From assembly GCF_000143415.4 (NCBI RefSeq), contig NW_003314323.1:562499-626498 (forward strand): DNA of 64,000 nt, written 5' to 3'. How positions within the stretch are numbered: position 1 is the stretch's first letter; the number at the start of each line of letters is the position of its first letter. A program made the position numbers and the translations under genes. Shown here piece by piece: positions 45,661 to 57,946 of the stretch. Origin of the DNA: Selaginella moellendorffii. Lineage: Eukaryota; Plantae; Lycopodiophyta. The notes beneath the pieces are model-generated. The model was not told where the DNA came from. It saw only the letters and a list, made by a program, of their open reading frames with translations, and searched no databases.

Positions 45661-48600
45661 ATGGCCACCAACACCCAAGAGTATATCTTTAGATCCAAGC
45701 TGCCAGATATTGAGCTTGAGAATCAGTTGCCTCTCACGGATTACTTGTTCCAGCGCCACCAGGGCAAAGCTTCGAGCCGAGGCAGGCAGAGTTGTCAGCT
45801 ATGGCGATGTGGATCTTCTTGTGTGGCGCGTTGGTGTGGGGCTGTCACACCTCAGCATCCGCAAGGGCGACATCGTCATGCTCCTCCCGAATTGCATCGA
45901 ATTTGTGCTCACGTTCCTTGGCACGGCAAGAATCGGCACCACTGTCACCATCCCCAATCCACTGTGCAAGGCCAGCAAGATTGAGAAGCAGGCCAGCGGT
46001 TCCGGTGCCCATATGATCGTGATGCATAAAGAGAAAACGAGTTGCCATTCACATGTCAATCACACTTTATATACAGGTTATTCCTGACTGATTAGTGCGT
46101 GATTCCTGGAGACCTGAGCAGATCAACAACTGCTACCTTCCACACACTTCACGTACTCTAAATTTTCTCCTGAGGTGGAAAAACTGTGCCTCACCCAATG
46201 CCTTCGTAAGGATGTCTGCTGTTTGCTGCCTTGTTGGAATATACTCCAGGGTCACTTGTCTTTTCTCGAACAAACAAAATGATATTGGATCTCTATATGC
46301 TTTGTCTACCTATGAAACACTAGATTTTTTGAGATGGCAATGCAGCTTCTGCTGTCTGTAAACAGTGGAGTGGCATCCTTTTGCTCCTGTCCAAGTTCTT
46401 GTAGTATAAGCCTTAGCCATACTATCTCCTTTGCTGCTGCTGAAGCTGCTACATACTCTGCTTCTGCACTGGAAAGAGCCACCACAATTTGCTTTTTACT
46501 CAGCCAGTTCACTACTACCCCAAAAAGTAGACAACATACTCCAAATGTTGATGCAATGAGTTTGAGTGTAGAGCTGTTGTCTCTTTTGTAGACTAAACCA
46601 AACTGCTTAGTCCCTTTGAGATATCTCAATACTTGTTTGGCTGCTTTCATATGTTTCTCTATCGGATAAGAGGTGTAGCGATTGAGTACTCCAACTGCAA
46701 AAGCAATGTCAGGCCATGTACAGGTGGAGATGTATAAGAGGCTACCAACAAGTTTTTGGTATAGTCTGATATCTTGGAGTACCCCAAGCTCAGAACATTG
46801 AGAGAGTTTTGTACCAAAGACCATTAGTGTTGGAGTAGACTTGCACTCTGTCATGTCGTGTTCATGAAGTATTTTATCAACCTATGCACACTGTGTGATT
46901 GCAATGCATCTAGACTTTAATGAACTTCCATACTAAGAATTTTCTGGACCTTCCCAAGATCTGTCATCCTATACCGCTACATCAAAATCTACTTGACCTT
47001 TTTAAGGTACTCAACAAGAAAACAGTCATTGACATACACTGCCATGACCAAAAAATCTATTCTTTCCTGCTTCCAATAAAGGTTTCCATCTGAGTAGAGC
47101 TTTTTCAAACCTTTCTGCCGCAAGAAATATCCAGTACCACTCCCTTGATGCCTATTTTAGCCCATAGATGGATTTTCTTAGCTCCCAAACAAAGTCAAGA
47201 CCTGTCTCAAAACCTTCTAGTTCATGCATGAAGATCTCCTCGTTCAAAGTGGCATTCTGTCTTGACATCCATGTGGTGAACATGCAAACCAAACTTAGCA
47301 AAAAAAGCTTGAAGTGTCCACAAACTTGCCACCTTCACGACTGATGAGAAAATCTCTTCATAATCAACACTTGGAACTTGTGGAAAACCTTGAGCTACAA
47401 GTCTAGCCTTGTACCTCTTGATGGTGGAGTCTAGGTTGTATTGGATTTTATACACCCATTTCTTCCCAATGATCTTTCTTCTAGGTGGAGCTTTACACAA
47501 CTTGAAAGTGCCATTTTGATTATGAGTGTGAAGTTCTTCCTTCATAGCCTGGATTCATTTTTCTACATCTGGTCTTAAGATAGCTTCTTAATATGTGCTT
47601 GGCACATGAATGCTTAGGATTTTTGGTTTGGGAGGTCGTAGTCTCAATCAATCTTCATTCATGGGGAGCAAGTCTTCCAGATTCATCCTTTCCTCTATTT
47701 TGTGTGTTGAAATTCAACTCAGCTATCAACTTCTGAGATTCTGGCCTCCTTCAATGGTATTGTGGATGTTCTTCAACTTGAGCTGCTGCTAGAGGCTCTT
47801 GAACTTTTTGATTTTGTTCAAAATCTTAACTTGGGAGCAATGAAGGTCATTTCCATGAAAGTCATCAAGAAGGAGCTCGTGGTTGTCCACTTTAGAAGTT
47901 GTTACAAGCTCTTCCAAGTTTGGTTCCCACTATTGAGACTTTGCAAGATGATGATCTTTGTACAAAATGCCTTCATCAAACATGAAATTTTGTGATATAA
48001 TCACCTTACATTGGTTTGGGAGATAGATGCAATAACCTTTTTTTTTTGTCCATCGTATCCAGCGAGAAAACCAAAAACACTCTTGTCATCAAGCTTCTTC
48101 AAATTGTCACTGAGAACTTTATCATAAGCAAGTGAGCCAAAAACTTTCATGCCTACTATGCTTTATCGATGACCTGTCCAAACCTTTTCTGGAATGACAT
48201 CCCTTTTTCTAGCCGAAGGGATTCTATTTTGGACATGAACTGCTACTTGGATGGCTTCTTGCTAAAGTTGGGAAGATTAGCTACTTTCATCATGGATCTT
48301 GTTGCATTCATGATTGTTCTATTTTTTCGTTCTGCTACTCCATTTTGTTGTGGTGTAGTTGTACATGTGAACTCTTGCCGAATGCCTCTTTCAAGACAAA
48401 AAACCTTGAATTCATTTGACGTGTACTCTCCTCCTGAGTTTGAGCACAATGTTTTCAATCTTCTATCTAGCTGCCTCTTAGATTGCTCAAGAAAGATCTT
48501 GAAAGCTACAAAAGCATCACTTTTCATGCTCAAACAAAAAACCATGCACCTTCCAATGAAGTCGTTGATCATAGTCATGAAGTAGAACTTCCCTAAGAGC

Positions 48601-51600
48601 GATTGAACTTGCATAGGACCACAAAGATTTGAATGCACGAGCTCCAAAGGTTGTTTGGTATATCGGGATGAACGAGGAAAGGAACTTCATGCATGTTTAC
48701 CAAGTTGACAATCATGACAAATATGTTCTACTTCCAAGAGTGGATCATCTAATCCATCTGCCAAGTTTTGTGACTTAATGGATTTAAAAGGCACACATTT
48801 GTATGTGCAAGTTGAGCATGCCAAAAAGCTGTCTTATTCTCTACATTTGCAGCCTTGAAAATGCTTGGAGTTATTAAAGAAACTAAATGTCTTTTACGAA
48901 CAGGAAGCTCATATAAATTCCAAACCCTTTTAATAGTCTATACTTCTCCTATAGGTCCCTTAACAAGACATTTGGTGTTGATAAACTTTACATCCATCCC
49001 ATGGTTAGTGAGAGTTGCAATAGAGGCCAAATTGTGCACAATGCCAAGTACTAACAAAGCATGCTTTAATTTGAAGACTCCTTGCCCTTTAATTGGCACT
49101 ACATAGCTTCCACTACTCCTGACTACTTAAAATCCTCCATTTCCCATTTGAATGAATTTTGTTTTACTCGGCTTGACCTCCTCAAACCAATTCTTATCTT
49201 TCACAACATGTCCAGCATTAGATTATCAAAAACTGAGTTTTTTCTAGCAACTAAGCATACTACTAGATCATCCTCACTTTAGTCTCCCACAGATCTAGAG
49301 TCTTCCATAGTAGTTGCAAATAGAGGAAGTCTAGCAGTTGCACGATGCTTGGCTGCTCCTCTTGCTTCTTCTTGCAAGTGAACCAGGCAATTAACCTTTA
49401 TATGTCCAATATTCAACTTCTAGTAATAGTAACAATAGTTGCCATCTTCTTCCTCATTGTCGAATCCTTTTGCTCAAGATTGTGGTCTGTGTTCTTGTCC
49501 TCGTCCCTATGAGTGCCCACAACTGCATCCTCATCCTCAGGTGGGCCTTCCTCTTCCATGATGTTGAGTCATGACTGCTCCAGCAAACTTCACATGTGAA
49601 GCAGCCGACCAAGAAATAGCATCCATTTCTGCCTTGATCATGTGCTTAGCATCATCAATTATAATGGCAATGCTGTGGACATTGACAGCAAAAGCTTGAT
49701 TCAACTTCTCAAAAGCCTTATTGAGTGTCAGGATTTTTTTTGCTTCATTGTAGCTTCATTGTAGCCACACCTGCTTTCCTCCAGTTCCTAAAAAAGATGA
49801 CGGAAATCTTGGAAGAGAACTTGCAAATCCTCCTTGCCAGTGTAGCACTTCCACAAGATTTTTGTCTCAATCACTACGATCTCTGCAGTAGTCCTTGTCC
49901 CATAGCACACAAGGAGGGGTCCTAGATTTTTGTAGTAGACTTGTCTCTTGTTGCATATGTTAAATGCTTTGCTAGCTTTGATCTGATGATGGCTTGAGCA
50001 ATCTGCTCCTAACTGTTACTATGAATGGACTCAATGGCTAAAGAATTAGTGCTTTGGGGTATGACCACGTCCCACAACCCTATCAAACTCAACACTTAAG
50101 TCATTTGGTCCCTTCAGTACCAAAAACACCTTGAGCCATCACATGGTTGGAGATTTGCAAGAATGGTAGCAGCCAATCACTCTATCAACAACGAGAGCAA
50201 GAAATAGGAACAAAGAAAGAAAAGAAAAAGTAACAAGCCACAAGCTTGCACTCTGATACCATGAAGAGAAAATAAATTGCCATTCACACGTCAATCACGC
50301 TTTATATATAGGCTATTCATAACTGATTGGTGCGTGATTCTTGGAGACTTGAGCAGATCAACAACTGCTACCTTCCACAACGCAGGCTGCACAAATTGAC
50401 AAGCTCGACTGCCTCGTCCACCAGGAAGATCAAGAGCGCGAAATATGTGTAATGCTGGTGAGCAATGGCTTCGATCCCATCAAGGCCGCGGCAAAGAGCG
50501 CCGATCGCTCCAATGTGATGTTCTTCGCAAGCGCGCTGCTCCAGGCCGATGAATCCGAGTGCCCGAAGGTGGAGATCGCGGCGGAAGTGGACGTCGTGAC
50601 GCTGCCATTCTCGTCCGGCACCACATCGCTGCCCAAGGGCGTGGAGCTGACGCACAAGAATCTCATCACTTGTATCGCGCAGCTCGTCGATGGCGAGAAC
50701 CCTAATCTCTTCCTGCATGGCAACGATCGCATGCTGTGCGTTCTTCCCCTCTTCCACATCTACTGCCTCAGCTGCGTCCTCTTCGCGTCCCTCCGTGCCG
50801 GCGCCACAATCGTGGTCATGCGCAAGTACGAGATCGGCGCCATGCTGGGAGCGATCCAGTGCTTCCAGGTCATGGCGGCGTGCCTGGTGCCACCGATTCT
50901 CCTGGCGCTGGCCAAGAATCCCGTCGTCAGCAACTATGATCTCTCCTCGCTGCGATTCATCATGTCTGGGGCCGTGCTGCTGGGCAACGAGCTGGAGCGA
51001 GCCATCGGCGACAAGCTCCCCAGCGCGATCATCGCTCAGGTCTGTCACGATCCATCGATCGCGAAGATATTTTGTATATTTCAATCGATATTTGCAGGAT
51101 CCATGATATTTCGATTCTTGCAAGAACGAGCTTGTACTGATGGTGTGGTTTTCATCGACAGGGATACGGGATGACCGAAGCCGGCCCTCTCATCTCGATG
51201 AGCCTGGCCTTCGCCAAGACACCATTCGCGATCAAGCCGGGCTCTTGCGGCACGATCGTGCGCAACACCGAGGCCAAGATCGTGGACACCGAGACGGGCG
51301 AGTCGCTGGCGTATGGCGTGTGTGGCGAGATTTGCCTCCGCGGCGCCCAGATCATGAAGGGGTACCTCCGCAATGTGGAAGCCACCATGGCAACCATCGA
51401 CAAGGAGGGATGGCTCCACACCGGCGACGTGGGATTCATCGACCGCGACGAGGAGCTCTTCATTGTGGATCGTGTCAAGGAGCTCATCAAGTTCAAGGGG
51501 TTCCAGGTAAAGAGAGAAAAGCTTGCTAGCTTATAGCACATTCGATATGAAATCTTTGGCATTCTTCGTGCATCCAGGTTGCGCCAGTGGAGATCGAAGC

Positions 51601-52016
51601 GCTCTTGGTCTCGCATCCACGGATCTGTGATGCTGCGGTCGTGGGGTATGTACGATTTTCTCGAAGATTATCTGCTCTGATGATGGATGGATGTTCCAGC
51701 AAGAGCGACGAAGTGGCTGGGGAGTTACCGGTCGCGTTCGTGGTGAGAAGCCCCGGCAGTTTGCGCATCTCGGAGGACGACGTCAAGCAATTCATTGCGA
51801 AACAGGTGAGGCGCCGGAATTTTTAACATCCGTTCCTTTCCTGGGTCAAAGTTTCTTTTTGTCTCGACACAGGTTGTGTTCTACAAAAGGTTACACTCTG
51901 TCATCTTCGTGGACTCTATCCCCAAATCCGCCGCTGGAAAGATTCTGCGGAAGGTCCTCAAGATCGCGCTCTCGACAAACGAGTTTAACATCGAGCCATG
52001 GATCGCCAGCTTTTGA
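45661..52016 (+). pseudogene. 4CL: 4CL copy 2, disrupted by a copia insertion, a ~19-bp deletion and a lost stop codon
   Basis: 5' part 45661-46026 and 3' part 50380-52016 flank the element. Frameshift near 45780; TAG changed to GAG at 51981. Confidence 0.92.
46027..50379 (-). mobile_element. Ty1/copia LTR retrotransposon, structurally complete but coding-decayed
   Basis: 118-bp LTRs at 46027-46144 and 50262-50379. PBS TGGTATCAGAG (minus strand, 50251-50261, Met-tRNA type). 5-bp TSD ATGCA/ACGCA. Integrase (LVHSNLCGP; TPQQNGVAERKNR), RT (KWVYK...YKARLVAQGF) and RNase H (W.SKKQ..VALSSAEAEY) in copia order. Confidence 0.95.
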
Positions 52017-52186
52017 CTTTGCACGGAAACAGCTCAAGCTTTTGACATATGTTCCATTATACGATATGTGGAAGGCTGTGGTGGGCGATGAAACAATTGA
52101 CTTCACAGTGTAGGTGACCGCTCTCCAGCGGTCAGTTCCAATCACGTCAGTCAAACAATGGCCCACAAAGAACCTTTCCACTCACA

Positions 52187-53385
52187 CAGCTTGTTGTGCT
52201 ACAACTCGGTGTTGCAAGGTTTCTTGCACTGCAACATGCACGATCGAGCAAGATCTCTACGAGACAATGCCGCTGAGAGATCTGGTGACTTGGACAACGA
52301 TGATCCATGGCTGCTCGCAAGAACAGGAGATTCACGCTTTGCGCCTCCCAGAGCACGACATCACCTCTGCCAATGCAGCATTGGCCGCTTTCGCCCAAAA
52401 CGGGCATATGGACTCCGCAAAGGCTCTGATCGAAAGCATGGTATCTCTAAACACGATACTCACAAATGAGCAGAAAAGCTCGCCTTCGATTGCATGCCCG
52501 AGCGAGACGCATCACTTTCAATGCCATGATCAAACTCCACGCCCAATGTGGAGACACCGAGTCTTCCAAGTCGCTGTTTGATCGCTGTCCAGGCACAAAT
52601 CTATCGTCATGGAACTTACTGCTACAAGCCTACGTCCAAAACGGGCATATTGACGCAGCCAAGGGAGTGTTTGAGAGTATACCCGAGCGCAGCCCCGCCT
52701 CTCACAAGCTCATGGTCCAGGCATATGCCCATATACCAGGCGTGGAATATGCGTGGACGAGCTCACCGTCGGGTGATGTGGTTCTCACGACTGCCGTGTG
52801 CGTAGCATATGCCCAAGCTGGGCATCTGGAGAGATCGATGGCTGTTTTCCAGAGGCCACAGCAGCCAACCGCGGTTGCATGGACCGCGATGCTTACAAGC
52901 CTGGCATATTCTGGGGATCGCGCCCGAGCGCTGTGGCTGCTGCACGCCGTAAAGATCCAGGGGATATGCCTGGATGCGGTGGTGTTCAAGAGCGTGCTGA
53001 TTGCGTGTGTTCATATCGGGGTGCTGCGGCTTGCGATTGAGCAGTTTGTGTCGATGAGCTTTGATTTTGGGCTTGGGCCTGGAAAAGAGCATTACAGGTG
53101 CGTTCTCAACATTTTGGCGAGGGTGGGTCAACTCGAGCTTGCGTGATCACCAACATGCCGTTTGAGGATAACATGGTGGATTGGGAGGCATTGCTTGCCG
53201 CGTGCGTTGTTCATAACGATCGGCAACGAGGGAAAAGACTTGCTGCGAAGTTTCGAAGAAGAACTACTGTTGCTCATGTTTTGCTAGCGCAACACGGTTT
53301 TTACAGTCAACGTGATCGGTGTTTGTCTGGTTTTGATGTTGCTTGTGGAAATTATCGCTCAGTGACAAAAACAAGGAGACAATAG
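52187..53385 (+). pseudogene. PPR pseudogene, copy C
   Basis: Duplicate of copies A/B with frameshifts and a stop at 53144-53146. Confidence 0.88.
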
Positions 53386-53633
53386 AATAGAAAACAAGGA
53401 TTCAATAGTTACAAAATCAACAATGTTTCACACGATATAACATGGTTGAATTTCAATTTAATTACCAAACATGTAGTCTTCGCACCATACCAAACATTGC
53501 GGCTGTGCATACCCAGGGCTCAAAACTGTCCTTTTGGCCACCCTCCTGTCCGTACATAGACTATAAAGCTATGTCCTTCTCTTGGAATCTCACAAGCCAC
53601 ATTGTTTCCTAAAATTCTCACAGCATAGAAAGG

Positions 53634-55660
53634 ATGGCCACCAACACCCAAGAGTATATCTTTAGATCCAAGCTGCCAGATATCGAGCTTGAGAATCACT
53701 TGCCTCTCACGGAGTACCTGTTCCAGCGCCACCAGGGGAAGGCTTCGAGCCGCCCCTGCCTGATCGATGCCGAGGCGGGCAGAGTTCTCAGCTATGGCGA
53801 CGTGGATCTTCTCGCGCGGCGCGTTGGCGCGGGGCTGTCGTGCCTCGGCATCCGCAAGGGCGACGTCGTCATGCTCCTCCTCCCGAATTGCATCGAATTC
53901 GTGCTCGCGTTCCTTGGCGCGGCGAGAATCGGCGCCACCGTCACCACCGCCAATCCACTGTGCACGGCCAGCGAGATTGAGAAGCAGGCCAGCGGCTCCG
54001 GTGCCCGGATGATCGTGACGCACGCCGCGCAGATCGACAAGCTCGACCGCCTCCTCCACCAGGAAGATCGAGAGCGCGAAATATGTGTAATGCTGGTGAG
54101 CGATGGCTTCGATCCCATCAAGGCCGTGGCGAAGAGCGCCGATCGCTCCAATGTGATGTTCTTCGCAAGCGCGCTGCTCCAGGCCGATGAATCCGAGTGC
54201 CCGGAGGTGGAGATCGCGGCGGATGTGGACGTCGTGACGCTGCCATTCTCGTCGGGCACCACATCGCTGCCCAAGGGCGTCGAGCTGACGCACAAGAATC
54301 TCATCACTTGTATCGCGCAGCTCGTCGATGGCGAGAACCCTAATCTCTTCCTCCATGGCAACGATCGCATGCTGTGCGTTCTTCCCCTCTTCCACATCTA
54401 CTGCCTCAGCTGCGTCCTCTTCGCGTCCCTCCGCGCCGGCGCCGCGATCGTGGTCATGCGCAAGTACGAGATCGGCGCCATGCTGGGAGCGATCCAGCGC
54501 TTCCAGGTCACGGCGGCGTGCCTGGTGCCACCGATTCTCCTGGCGCTGGCCAAGAATCCCGTCGTCGGCGACTACGATCTCTCCTCGCTGCGATTCATCA
54601 TGTCCGGGGCTGCGCCGCTGGGCAAGGAGCTGGAGCGAGCCATCGGCGACAAGCTCCCCGGCGCGATCATCGCTCAGGTCAGTCGGGACCCATCGATCGC
54701 GAAGATATTTCGATCGATTCATGGAGGATCCATGATATTTCGTTCGAGATCACTATCGATTCTTGGAGGATCCATGATATTTCGATTCTTGCAAGAACGA
54801 GCTTGTACTGATCGTGTGGTTTTCATGGACAGGGATACGGGATGACCGAAGCCGGCCCTCTCATCTCGATGAGCCTGGCCTTCGCCAAGACGCCATTCGC
54901 GATCAAGTCGGGCTCTTGTGGCACGATCGTGCGCAACACCGAGGCCAAGATCGTGGACACCGAGACGGGCGAGTCGCTGGCGTATGGCGTGTGTGGCGAG
55001 ATTTGCCTCCGCGGCCCCCAGATCATGAAGGGCTACCTCCGCAATGTGGAAGCCACCATGGCGACCATCGACAAGGAGGGATGGCTCCACACCGGCGACG
55101 TGGGATTCATCGACCGCAACGAGGAGCTCTTCATTGTGGATCGCGTCAAGGAGCTCATCAAGTTCAAAGGGTTCCAGGTAAAAAGAGAAAAGATTGCTAG
55201 CTTATAGCACATTTGATATGAGAACTTTGGCATTCTTCGTGCATCCAGGTTGCGCCAGCGGAGATCGAAGCACTCTTGGTCTCGCATCCACGGATTTGTG
55301 ATGCTGCGGTCGTGGGGTATGTACGAGTTTCGAAGATTATCCTCTCTGATGATGGATGGATGTTCCAGCAAGAGCGACGAAGTGGCTGGGGAGTTACCGG
55401 TCGCGTTCGTGGTGCGAAGCCCCGGCATTTTGCGCGTCTCGGAGGACGACGTCAAGCAATTCATTGCGAAACAGGTGAGGCGCCGCAATTTCAACATCCG
55501 TTCTTTTCCTGGGTCAGCTCATTGAAAGCTTCTTTTTGTCTCGAAACAGGTCGTGTTCTACAAAAGGTTGCACTCTGTCATCTTCGTGGACTCTATCCCC
55601 AAATCTGCCGCTGGAAAGATTCTGCGGAAGGTCCTCAAGAGCGCGCTCTCGACAAACTAG
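53634..55660 (+). CDS. 4CL: 4-coumarate:CoA ligase, copy 3 (exons 53634-54677, 54833-55177, 55249-55316, 55369-55474, 55550-55660)
   Basis: Same motifs and intron positions as copy 1; reading frame intact. Confidence 0.92.
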
Positions 55661-56187
55661 TTTATCATCGAGCCATGGATCGCCAGCTTTTGACTTTGCA
55701 CAGAATCAGCTCGAGCTTTTGACATATGTTCCATTATACGATATGTGGAAGGCTATGGTGGGCGATGAAACGATTGACTTCACAGTGTAGGTGGCCGCTC
55801 CAGCAGTCAGTCCTTCACTGTATATATTGTAGAACTTTCCAATCACTTGAATCAAACAAGAGCCCAGGAAGAACCTTTCCACTCACACAAATGCTGACTG
55901 GCTTTAGTCCACTTTAGTCAAAAAGTCAGTCAGAGTAGCTCTTGGATTTTTCTGGAGTTCACGTCAAGATTGGCTGGCTGGCGGCGCTAGCTGCTTGCGT
56001 GAGCGCTCGATCTTGATAATAGATTTGTTTTGGGACCACGCGAGCGCGCAGACATTCCACTCAAGTTGGTGTGTAATGTTATTGAAATGGAGCGGTGCGG
56101 GGTGCATGGGCGAAGATTTTTTTTGGCTTTGTCAAGATTTTTGGGTGGAAGGATTCAATATCTTTCAATCTAGAACGCATGACTAAT

Positions 56188-56269
56188 GTCAACATGTCCG
56201 AGTGGTTAAGGAGACAGACTTGAAATCTGTTGGGTAACGCCCGCGCAGGTTCAAGTCCTGCTGTTGACG
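56188..56269 (+). tRNA. tRNA-Ser(UGA)
   Basis: 82 nt. Acceptor stem GTCAACA/TGTTGAC, D-loop AGTGGTTAAG, anticodon arm ACAGA-CT TGA AA-TCTGT, long variable arm, T arm GCAGG-TTCAAGT-CCTGC, downstream T-runs. Confidence 0.93.
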
Positions 56270-56454
56270 GCAATATCACGTTTGCTCTTTTGTTTGCTTC
56301 GCGATTCCAAAGGATTTCAAAGAATTTGTCTCAATTTAAACTGCAAAAATTGCCAGAGCCTCGGGAAGCTCAGAAAGAAAGAAACCAAAATAAGTTCAGC
56401 TTGGCGCGTTATGGCGGCATGTTCTTATTTGTTGGCGAACGAGCAAACTTGGGA

Positions 56455-57497
<1,043 letters not shown>

Positions 57498-57946
57498 TAC
57501 TCCTGGAGACCTCGCGCGAGGGATTCAATGCCTAGCGGAGGCGAAACAAGGGATTCAGTGTGAAATCTGGCGACAATCCATGGCAGATTGCCGGCGCTCA
57601 TACCTGGGAGCTATGCCGTCCCCGTCCGGATGGAGATTACGTAGCGTCTCGCCCTCGCCGAGCCTCTCGATCGCGCTCTTCTCTCTCTCCAATGGCGTGT
57701 TTTTTAAGAACTAAGCTCAATAAACGTCTGGATGAATCCAATGGCTGGTATTAGCTTGACCACACTCTAGAATATTCTACGTCTGATGCCTCTTTCATGG
57801 GTGGAGAGGAGCACTGCCACTGGTCGTGTTTCTCTGAGCGCCATTGTTCGAATTTTAGGGATTGGGAGCTTGGGGTTCCGCGAGCGATGGCGCGGTAGGG
57901 ATATCTGGCAAGGCGCGACGATCGATCGTAGCTAGGGCTAGGAAGA

